A stretch of 64,000 nucleotides of DNA from the human T2T-CHM13v2.0 reference genome, Homo sapiens, in the NCBI RefSeq assembly GCF_009914755.1, contig NC_060944.1; one strand, 5' to 3'. How positions within the stretch are numbered: position 1 is the stretch's first letter; each line of letters opens with the position of its first letter. Under the pieces are notes generated by a model. That model was not told where the DNA came from. It searched no databases and saw only the letters and a list, made by a program, of their open reading frames with translations. The translations under genes and the position numbers were made by a program. Positions 38,026 through 50,533 of the stretch are shown one piece after another.

Positions 38026-39543
38026 TGCTACACCTGTGTTCATTTCAGCATCACAGCAGCCTTATTTACAGGAACCACAAGGTGGAAACAACCTAAAAAG
38101 TCTATTGAGGGATAGATTGATAAACAAAATGTGGTATAGACATAAAATGGAATATTAGTGATCTTTAAAAAGGGAGGGAATTCTGATACTTGCTACCACA
38201 TAGATAAAACTTAAAAACATTATGCTAAGTGAGACGTCAAACACAGACTACGTGATTCCATCTATATGAAGAACCTGGAACAGGCAAATTAATAGAGACA
38301 CAAAGTAGAATAGAGGTTTTCAGGACTGGCAGGAGGTGGAAATGGGCGGGGTTAATGTCTAATGGGCACAGAGTTCCTGTCTGGGATGATAGAATGTTTC
38401 AGAAATGGATAGCGGTGATGATTGCACAGCATTGTGAATGTAGCTAATGGCATTGAATTCTTTACCAGAAAACAAAAGCAAAAACAGAAACACATTGTTT
38501 AAGCTTTCCAGTCGGACAGGTGACGTGCTTGGTGTGAGCTGGGGTCTGAGACCAGGCTGCCCTTGCCAGAGTGGCTTCAAGACCCTTCTTGGTTGTACTT
38601 AGGCCTGATTGCTCTGGAGAGCCCCATACATGAAAGCCAGCTCTGGTTCTATCTCTTCTCACTGCAGTCCTCCCTACCCCCAACATCCCCCAGCTGGGCA
38701 TTATGAGAAAAGCAAGATGACTATGAGTTTTCTGATTATTTATATGACCAAATAATCTCAGGGACTGTTACTAACTAACCCATGGGATTCCCACTACCTT
38801 CATGAGTTTCAGACGAGGTGAAGGGTCCCTAAAATCCTGCCACCTAGTCAGGAACTCAGTTGTCAATAATTTCTTTATTTGTGATACAATCAGGGGTGGG
38901 GAAAGATAAATGAACAGACTTGGAAGCTTCTCCGAGGCCCTAGAGAAGACCTCTGGGCTCCGAACACCAGATGCCAGGAGAAAGGAGGGTGGTTGATGAC
39001 TCCCCACTCTTTCTCCAGCCCCTGCTCCTCTGTTTCTCCCCTTCACCCACTGCAGCTTCCTCAGGTCCTGGGTCCCATGCCATCATCTCTTCGAATGACC
39101 TCCTTTCTATCCCTGTTAATAAAGGAGCATCAGCTAAGTGAACGTGGTGATTTGCATTCACTTACATTGATTCAGAAATTGTGTTTAATTCCACACAAGA
39201 AAAAGAATGTGGATCTTTTTCACTGGGGAAAAAAAAGTCGCTATGTATCATCTTAATCATGTTTTCCTGGGATATAATCTATACATGACGCTTATTTAAG
39301 CCTTCATTGCATCTGTGCACGTGGTTTGCTTTCCTCTCATGTGAAATAGTGTTGGACCACACGAGTTTGGGCCACAGCCCAGGAAAACACAATCCTAAAC
39401 GTCGTAATCCCATATGTTGAAGTCCCAAAAGATCTAAATCTGTACAGTCTAAAATCCTGAAAATTACAATCCTAAAAAAACAAAATTCTGAACATACAAT
39501 TCTGGAAAAAAATTATTAACACATTCTTTAAAAAGCATTTATT

Positions 39544-39908
<365 letters not shown>

Positions 39909-40619
39909 CTAGGCCACTTTACACAATCAATAGGCAATAATAACATACGTATATTTGCAAGCATAAAACTCAGATATGCTAATGATAGTCTCACGGGTAT
40001 AATGGTAATGAGCAGATGAGTTGTAAAGAAATGGGTCAAAAAGCAAAATGTATAAAAGCATGGTTGGTAACTGGGTGCACTCAGCTTTATAACTTAGGTC
40101 ATCTGGAATATTGTGACAGACAACCTAAGTCTTTTGACCAGATTCATCAAAAGCTGGGATGGGTCACCATCTAATATGCAGTCAAAGAGCTGAGATCCTG
40201 AGGAATTTTCTCTTTCCCAAATGCAAATGTGCAAAAAGGATATCTTCTCACTTATTGAGGAAACTTTAATGTTTTTATGTACATGTACAATGCTTACACA
40301 TAAAGTCAGTGTTGTGATAATGCACTCTTGTGGAGTTAAATTTGCAAAAAAAAAAAAAAACGCATAAAACAAATTAGAACTCTCTAAAAGTCTTTGCAAA
40401 ATTTATACCTCCAGTATTGGAAATGATACTAAGATGAAATACACAGCATAGCAACTTGTAAAAAATAATGCTGACAATTTAAAATAGTGGAAAAAATGGA
40501 AAAAGAAACAACTAAAAAGAAAATTGACACATAAAAAGTATATTACATGGATAGATTATGGGCAATTGCAGAGTTCATCATAGATGGCTGACTTTCATGA
40601 TCATTAGCTATATTTTGAA

Positions 40620-41760
40620 GTCATGCATCACGATGAATAGTTGCCTTTTTTGTTTTTAGGATTTGACTCTCCTCATAAAATACATTCACATTCATTTTCT
40701 ACGTGGCACTGCTCTTTTTGAAATTCTTCTATAATTTGATACACACTGACATGAGCATTTCCTATTATATTTTCCAATCTTCTATGCCATTCTTGTCTAT
40801 TGTTTTGAGTATGAGGAAATCCATTTTGCAGGCCCTCATATACAGGCCACTCATTTGGCAGAAACAATACTCTTGGTTGAACAGCAACACCGTTGCCTAA
40901 ATGACTTCTTATCCCACCTTGCACATCATTATTTTCAAACCAGTATGTAATATTTCTGTCTTCTTCAGGCAATTGTGGTTTTAATTTATCAAAAGCTCCT
41001 GGAATTTTATCAGGTGGAAGGAATGCCAATACAGACAAATGACACATTTTTAAACTAAAATTTTCATCATTGCCAGATGGCCTGGTCAATCCACTCACCT
41101 GAATTTTCTGGCAAATGAGCTGGGCTGAATGGAAGATATAAACTTTACTGGTAACAACTTGCATTTCACTTTTAGAAGCCTTGATCACACCTAATTAAAA
41201 ACTTGTCATTATAATTTGGGGATCCAATTGAAATCTATTTTCTTCTGCAAAGCCCTCCAAATCTTCAAATAAGCTTTTAAAAAGTACTTCACTTTTTCCA
41301 GTTATTAAACCATAAACATGCAGATTAAATTACAGAATTTTGTAATCCAATTGGGGCATAAACTGTATAAAGTTGATTTAAAAAACCCACTGGGGACAGT
41401 TTTGAAAGTGCCGTTCATCAGCCAAAGTGAAACAGGCACCAGTTTTGTTATGTTAAATTTAGTGGTAAATAAACATATTTATCTTTTTTGACAGTCAAAT
41501 CCCTAATCAAGAATAGTTCATGATTTAATATGTCTTGTAGCACTGGAGGAAGCTCTGTGCCAGGAGGTGTCTGGCTCAGAAGACCACTGAATTTTTTGAA
41601 GTATTTTTATTATCTCACAAAAGGCATTTTGTGAAGGCAAGCATGGTGCTACCTGTAGAGGTGTTTGGTACATGATTACATAATTTGGCAGACAAGATTT
41701 TGTGCATTTTTTACTTTCATTTTAACTTCTTCTGTGATATTCAGGACATTCAAAACAGTG
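40620..41760 (-). pseudogene. Dead MULE transposase remnant (171-codon open stretch at 40673-41188)
   Basis: MULE-like motifs LWLMNGTFK (41401-41430, D>N), YIFHSAQ, LAFLP, FLPNEWPVY and TQNNRQEWH; flanking stops. Confidence 0.82.
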
Positions 41761-41784
41761 ATAGCAGATCTTCCCCACCTAGTC

Positions 41785-42020
41785 CGCTCAGACCCACACA
41801 CTGATCTCTTCTGAGAAATCCATCACAGACATACCCAAAATAATGCTTTCCCAGCTTTCCAGGGATTCCTTAATCCAGTCAAGTTGACACCTGAAATTAA
41901 GCCTGCAAGTCCATCCCTTGCAGATTTGACACCCATATGGACCTCCTTAAACCATACATAATTTCCAAATAAAAAGAAAACAAAGCAACAGTTGTACCTA
42001 ACACGATGCAACTAACTTGG
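41785..42020 (-). mobile_element. MLT2B LTR start plus ERVL internal 3' end, inside Ricksha
   Basis: ccttaatccagtcaagttgacacctgaaattaa followed directly by agtccatcccttg...ccttaaaccatac (RC of the PPT-LTR junction). Confidence 0.78.
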
Positions 42021-42079
42021 TACAACTCTCCTGTGATTGTGATTTTCTGGATTTTAGATGTTAATAATTTAGACTTTAG

Positions 42080-44377
42080 GACTGAGCATGGTGGCTCATG
42101 CCTGTATTCCCAGCACTTTGGGAGGCCAAGTCAGGAGGATCACTTGAGCCCAGGAGTTTGAAATCAGCCGGGGCAATAAATTGAGACCCCATGATATGGT
42201 TTGGCTGTGTCTCCAACCAAATCTCATCTTGAATTGTAGTTCCCATAATCCTCACATATCATGATGGGGACCCAGTGGGAGGTAATTGAATCATGGAGGC
42301 AGTTACCCCCATGCTGTTCTCATGATAGTGAGTTCTCACAAGATCTGATGGTTTTATAAGGAGCTTTTCCCCCTTTGCTTGTGCTTCTCCTTCCTGCCAC
42401 CTCATGAAGAAGGTGACTTGCTTCCCCTTTGCATTCTACCATGCTTGTAAGTTTCCTGAGGCCTCCCCAGCTATGATGAACTGTGAGTCAATTAAACCTC
42501 TTTACTTTATAAATTACCCAAGCTTGGTTATGTCTTTATTAGCAACATGAGAATGGACTGATACAGTAAATGTGTACTGAGGTAGTAGGGTGTTGCTATA
42601 AGGATACCTAAAAATGTGGAAGTGAATTTGGAACTGGGTAACAGGCAGAGTTTGAACAGTTTGCAGGGTTCGGAAGAAGAGAGAAAAATGTGAGGAAGTT
42701 TGGAACTTCCTAGAGACTTGCAGAATTGTTTTGAGGAAAATGCTGATAATGACATGGACAATGAAGTCCAGGCTGAGGTGGTCTCATATGGAGATGAAGA
42801 ACTTGTTGGGAACTGGAGTAAAGATGACTCTTGCTATGCAAAGAGACTGATGGCATTTTGCCCCTGCCCTAGAAATCTGTGGAACTTTAAACTTGAGAGA
42901 CATGGTTTAGGGTATCTGGCAGAATAAATTCCTAAGTAGCAAAGTGTTCAAGAGGAAGCAAAGCATAAAACTTTTAAAAATTTTGCAGCTTGATTATGAG
43001 ATAGAAAAGGAAAACCCATTTTCTGGAGAGAAATTCAAGCCAGCTGCAGAAATTTGCATAAGTAATGAGGAGCTAAATATTAATCACCAAGACAATGGGA
43101 AAATGTCTTCAGGGCATGTCAGAGACCTTCACAGCAACTCAAACCTTCACAGGCCAGGAGGGCTACGAGGAAAAAAATGGTTTAATGGACCCGGTGCAGG
43201 GACTTGCTGCTCTGTGCAGTCTCAGGACTTGGCGCCCTGTGTCCCAATCATGGTTAAAGGGCCAATGTACAGCTCAGGCCATGGCTTCAGAGGGTACAAG
43301 GCCCAAGCCTTGGCAGCTTACATGAGGCGTTGGGCCTGTGGGTGCACAGAAGTCAAGAATTGAGGTTTGGGTGTCTACACCTAAATTTCAGAGGATGCCT
43401 GGAAACGCCTGGGTGTTCAGGCACAAATTTGTGATGGGGACGGTGCCCTCATGGGGAACCTCTGCTAGGGCAGTGAGTGCAGAAGGGAAATGTGGGGTCA
43501 GAGCCCCCACACAGTCCCCACTGGGGCACTGCCTAGTGGAGCTGAGAGAAGACGGCCACCATCCTCCAGACTCCAGAATGGTAGATACACTGACAGCTTA
43601 CACTGTATTGCCTGGAAAAGCCACAGACACTCAGCACCATCCTGTGAAAGCAGCCAGGAGGAGGGCTGTACTCTTCAAAGCAATAGGGGTGGAGCTGTCC
43701 AAGGCCATGAGAGCCCACCTCTTGCTTCAGCGTGACCTGGATGTGAGACATGAAGTCAAAGGAAATCATTTCAGAGCTTCAAGATTTGACTGACCCCTAT
43801 ATCCTCATTGTATCTATGAAGTAACTAACTTAATTTTGACCTTACAGGCTCATAGGCAGAAGGGCCTTGCCTTGTCTAAGATAAGACTTTGGACTTGGAT
43901 ATTTGGGTTAATGCTGGAATGAGCTGAGGCTTTGGGGGACTGTTAGAAAGGCATGATCATGTTTTAAAATGTAAGGACATGAAATTTGGAAGGGGCTGAG
44001 GGCAGAATGATATGGTTTGGCTGTGTCCCCACCCAAATCTCACCTTGAAATGTAGTTTCCATAATCCCTACATATTATGGGAGGAACCCAGTTGGAGGTA
44101 ATTGAATCATGGGGGTGGTTACCCCCGTGCTGTTCTCATGACAGTGAGTGATACCTGAAGGTTTTATAAGGGGCTTTTCCCCTTTTGCTCAGCACCTCCT
44201 GGTGCCTTGCTTCTTGTTTGCATTCACCATGATTGTAAGTTTTCTGAAGCCTTCCCAGCCATGCTGAACTGTGAGTCAATCAAACCTCTTTCTTTTATAA
44301 ATTACCCAGGCTCGTGTATGTTTTTATTTGGAGCATGAAAATGAACCCATTCACTATATCTCTATTAAAAAAAAGAG
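42080..44377 (+). mobile_element. FLAM/Alu left monomer split by THE1 (42080-42191 plus tail ~44359-44377)
   Basis: Monomer stops at gagacccca and resumes tctctattaaaaaaaa; TSD aatttagactttag (42066-42079) / aatttagaccttag (44378-44391). Confidence 0.85.
42192..44353 (+). mobile_element. Full THE1C/D MaLR element: 5' LTR 42192-42565, internal region, 3' LTR 44008-44353
   Basis: Both LTRs start tgatatggtttggctgtgtc; internal MaLR ORF remnant (ELPRDL...DMDNEVQAEVVS.GDEELVGNWSK); purine tract before the 3' LTR. Confidence 0.93.
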
Positions 44378-44976
44378 AATTTAGACCTTAGGAATTTTAA
44401 TCTTTCAGGATTTCAACATTCAGTGTTATGGTGTTTGTGACTGGGTCTTCTGGGATTATGATCCTCACCTGGACTAAACAGCCTCGCAGCTCTCTTCAAA
44501 CTATGATCCTATTCTCCCACTGCCTCCTGAGTTCAGCCTCTTCGACTTGGCTAAGTCTGCCTTTCCTTTCCTATCTGTTTGCTTTCTTCCCTCTGATTAA
44601 TCCATAGTAAAATTTGACTTTTTTTTTCCATTCCAACAACTCCATCTTCTATCACATATCTCCTTTCATGAAGTTGGCCCATGATAATGTTTCTGTTGAC
44701 AAGAGTATAATATAGACAAGATTGTATATAGTTAAAGTACATATTTTATTTATTTGGTGGCAGCATTCTGATAAGAAATTAAAACTATTTCTTTTAAAAT
44801 CATAATTTAATCACCAGGCAGAGCAAGTAAAGAGAAATAAGTTCCAGAATCTCACATCTGTCAAAAGTAAATGCTGATTTTTATTGAGGACTTCCTTATT
44901 TCTGCCACCAGTTGACTCTCATACAGCTTGTTCACAATAAAATCTAATGTGGAATTGGCAAATATGGTGTCATACA

Positions 44977-45130
44977 TGCAGCGCTCTACTGGAGCTGATA
45001 ATTAAGTACCCAGAAATTTTATGAAGTGTTTGTCAAACCATCAGTAGAAATATTTACACAATGGAAATCAGCAAATGCTACAAATCTGGGCTTCCCCCCA
45101 CCCAACCAATAGGTTTGCTAGCATACAACT
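44977..45130. mobile_element. MER63-like hAT element
   Basis: atatttacacaatggaaatcagcaaatgctacaaatctgggctt. Confidence 0.55.
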
Positions 45131-45194
45131 TTTATTCATCTTGTAAACGTTCAGAATTTCTATAAATATTCATAGACTCTCCTATACTGAGTGT

Positions 45195-46095
45195 GTCAGA
45201 ATAACTCGAAGTTCTTACAATAGCCAGTGAGGCTGAGTGTGAGTTGACCCACCCCAGTCCCTCTCTCTGACTTGTCTCCTGTTAGCCTTCTGACTCCCAG
45301 TGTTCTCTACTTCATGCACATGGGCTAGTCACCCTGCTGTTTGCCTGCCTTTTCTTCCTCGAGTGCTCTTCCCCAGATATCTGCATAGCTGGTGCCCTCA
45401 CCTCCTTGGAATCTTTGTTCAAATGTTATCTTCTCAGTGAGACCTTATCTATATAAGTTTTCTATGACTGCTGGAATAAATTAGCACACCTCTAGTAGCC
45501 TAAAAGAACACACACTCTCTCTAGGGGAGAGAGAACACTTTCTTACCTTCTCCAGCTTTGAAAGGACGCCTGCATCCCTTGGACCCTGGCCCCCTTCCAG
45601 GCAACAACCACATCATTCTGACCCTAGCTGTCACGCTTCTTGCCTCAGACTCTCCTGCCTCCCTCTTTTGCTTTTAAGTCCTCTTGTGATGACATTGGGC
45701 CAACATGGGTAATCCAGAATAATCTCCTCATCTCCTGATCCATAACTTCATCACATCCATAAGTCCTTTTTGCCATATAGGGATATGGACATGTAGAAAG
45801 GCCATTCTTCTGCCTATTACTCCCTCCTTGAGCATTCTAACTACCTTCACATCTACCTGCTCCCAGCATTCCTGAGCTCTCTTCCAAACTTAATTTTTCT
45901 CTGTGCCACTTATTACCTTCTGGCATATCATATATTTTACATATTTATTTTATTAATGATCTGTCTTTTCTCACTGGAATATAACTTGCATGAGGGTAAA
46001 CATTTTTGTTTTATATAGTTGACATATTTTCATTAAGTTGAACAGTGCCTTGCTTTTAGTAAGGATTCAAGAAATATATATGGTTTGGCTGAATA
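45195..46095 (+). mobile_element. L2 3' fragment interrupted by an MLT1C-like LTR (~45450-45819, minus)
   Basis: ctcttccccagatatctgcatagct...caaatgttatcttctcagtgagacctt; 3' end gaacagtgcct...tgaataaa. Confidence 0.7.
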
Positions 46096-46299
46096 AATTA
46101 GGTTGAGAAGTTTGGGGGAAATTCCTGGCATGATACAGAAGATGGTTCCCAGTGATGGGAAAGGGCCATGTGGTGGGGCCTCTACAGGAAGCCGGGATGC
46201 TCCAGAGGTCCCCCAGGGCAGAGCTGCTTTGCTCACGTTGAACTCTTTGCCCGAGCTCTGATTTCTAATGTTTTCTTTCGTATTTGTTTTTGCTCTCCT

Positions 46300-46435
46300 T
46301 TTTTTAAAACTTTTTATAGATATGAGGTTTTACTATATTTCTCAGGCTGGTATCAAATTCATGAGCTCAAGCAATCTTCCCACCTCAACCTCCCAAACTG
46401 TTATTACTAGAGGTGCAAGCCACCACACCCGGCCT
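46300..46435 (-). mobile_element. FLAM/Alu monomer
   Basis: caggctggtatcaaattcatgagctcaagcaatcttcccacctc...gccaccacacccggcc. Confidence 0.8.
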
Positions 46436-46639
46436 GCTTTTCTCTTTCTTTGAAATATACTCAAAATGTTTATATTGGTTTCTAACTATAGATCATGAAC
46501 TCCTGAAGCAAAGTAACCACTTTGTTCTTCATTATTTCTTTCACTCTTCTACTCTGCACGGTGCCAGATATTGGATATGTAGGTGCCAAACATTTGCTTT
46601 TCTGATTTCTTACATTTTATTTCTTAAAAATCAGCCTAA

Positions 46640-48435
<1,796 letters not shown>

Positions 48436-48480
48436 AAAAATCAGTCTAAGGAAGAAAACCACTAATGCTCTCAATTTTCT

Positions 48481-48530
48481 TTCTCTCTCTCTCTCTCTCT
48501 ATCTCTGTGTGTGTGTGAGTGTGTGTGTGT
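48481..48530. repeat. Compound (CT)n(GT)n microsatellite
   Basis: ctctctctctctctctctatctctgtgtgtgtgtgagtgtgtgtgtgt. Confidence 0.95.
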
Positions 48531-50294
48531 TAAGGGGGATGGCGGGAGGTGGTCTTAACTCTTGAAAGAAATCTTCTTTGTATAGGAAGCATATTTCGGT
48601 TTAGGTAAAATGATAAGAAAGTTTAATTTTATAATCCATAAGACCAGATACCTTCAGAAATGATTTTTCCTGTGGGATTTCTATGACTGGTATTCTGACT
48701 AGTGTGAAATGGCAGAATTGGATGTCTATATCTACACCCATCAAAACCTCAGAGCTTCATGCACTGCTATAACTTTTCTGGTAAATCTGGGTAAACTAGG
48801 AGGCTGGTACAAGGAATAATTTTAACTTCAGATTTTACAGTTTGTTTATGTTAAGGGCAGAAAGATCTACTTTTCAACGATCTGTATTTTAAGATATTGA
48901 CTTTTCCTGGTGCTATTTTATGATTATGGATAAAATAGAATTCTTTTTAGAAATCTCAACTCCAAATTGAGAATAGATGTTTTGATACTTGTCCTGCTGT
49001 GGCCTGAGACTTGGAATCATGAATTATAAGAGACCTTGTTGTTTATCTACAGATTAGAACACACAAATAAACATCAGCGTAACATCCTAATTAGCATTCT
49101 GGTAGTTACATTTACTTATTCCAGAGCCAAATTAATATATGATAAGAAGTGGAATATTTTCTGTTGATATCTAGGGTATTATGAAAACAACCTTCCTTAG
49201 AAAAGAAACAGTGTATTTTTTCTGAGGACAGTGGATGCTACAAAATTATTTGCCTTCAAGGCATTGCAAACAACTGGAATCAATTGAATAACCTTCTCAA
49301 GCACAAGCCAATAGTGAAATGAAAGTCATTTATCTGTAACAGCAGGCAAGAGCTTCATTGGTACACTTGGAAGGTGGCTCACTAACCCTGCCGAAGTTTT
49401 GCTCCATCTGATCAGGGCATAAATGTTTCATTAGCCCAATAACCAAGGTCTTAGAGTTTCACAGTGTTTTCTCTCCAATAGCTAATAGAGGGAGCATTGC
49501 TGACATTCTGCCCATGGTTGCCAAGGCTGAAATCAAACGTGCTTTGAATAATACTATAAAAACTTTGAAATTAACCTTTGTCGTTGGAACCAATGTTCAA
49601 CTGTGGGCTCTATACAAAGCCGCTTAAGGTGGGAGGGAGCAAACTTTTCAAGTTGGTTTTAGGTAACAGAAACAGACGTCTTTATTGGATTTGTCTGGAA
49701 AAAAAGTAAGGAAAATCCCAACATTATCAGTTCTGGTCAAGAAGTATAAGGCTCAGTCCCGTTTTATTTTTCTCCTTCTCCTTTGGATCCTTTTTCCTTA
49801 TTCCTGACTCTATACATGGAGAAAAAGTTCAAGTGCATCTAAAACAGTAATTCTGGGAACTTGCCAACTTATTCCCATGATGCTACTATTGTTTATAAAG
49901 CATTTTGAAGATTCTTGTATTCAGAGCTAGTGATAAGCCGCAAGAGGAAGTCAGTCTTGCTGGTGTACAGCTGCATTTTGGGCCCATGTATAGAAGAGCT
50001 AACATGGATTTCAGAGTCTCCCAGGTGTTTGAAATCCAGACTCTGCTCTCAGGACCTGTGAGGTCTTAGATAAGTTGCTCAATCTCTTTGAGCCTCAGTT
50101 TTCTGAGTACAATGGCACAAACCTTAAAGGACTGCGGTGTGGATGAATTGCGATGATGTGTATGATTCCAGTTCAGGGTCTTCTTTCCTTCCTTCTTTCT
50201 TACCTGCCAGGAGGAAAGCAAGGCAGGGCAGCAGAGCGAGAAGTGCTGCCCGTGGAGGCCACTTTTGGGCTGGAGCCTGCTCAAGGCACTTTAG

Positions 50295-50305
50295 TGCTGA
50301 GTCAT
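50295..50305 (+). promoter_or_regulatory. NF-E2/NRF2-sMaf (extended AP-1) consensus site
   Basis: Exact TGCTGAGTCAT; motif match only, function untested. Confidence 0.5.
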
Positions 50306-50319
50306 TTGGGGCCCAAGGT

Positions 50320-50533
50320 AGGGGCAGATAGAAGAGAAGGAGGGCAGTTATCGCCTAATCACAGGGACAGATAGAAGAGAAGGAGGGCAGTTATCGCCTA
50401 GTCACAGGGGCAGATAGAAGAGAAGGACGGCAGTTATCGCCTAGTCACAGGGGCAGATAGAAGAGAAGGAAGGCAGTTATTGCCTAGTAACAGGGACAGA
50501 TAGAAGAGAAGGACGGCAGTTATCGCCTAGTCA
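50320..50533. repeat. 43-bp minisatellite, 5 copies
   Basis: Unit AGGG(G/A)CAGATAGAAGAGAAGGA(G/C/A)GGCAGTTATCGCCTAGTCAC, few substitutions. Confidence 0.97.

Larger units (their letters stand above)
37321..38465 (+). mobile_element. L1MB-type 3' fragment interrupted by a 7SL retrocopy
   Basis: accatatgattcagtaatcccact ... aattctgatacttgctacca...acattatgctaagtga...ggatagcggtgatgattgcacagcattgtgaatgt. Confidence 0.82.

Noticed and set aside
42700-43793. 139-151-aa ORFs as host genes
   Set aside because: They lie in the THE1 internal region and are broken MaLR ORF remnants.
50320-50533. CRISPR-like array
   Set aside because: Units are head-to-tail with no unique spacers, there are no cas genes, and the context is primate. 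It is a minisatellite.
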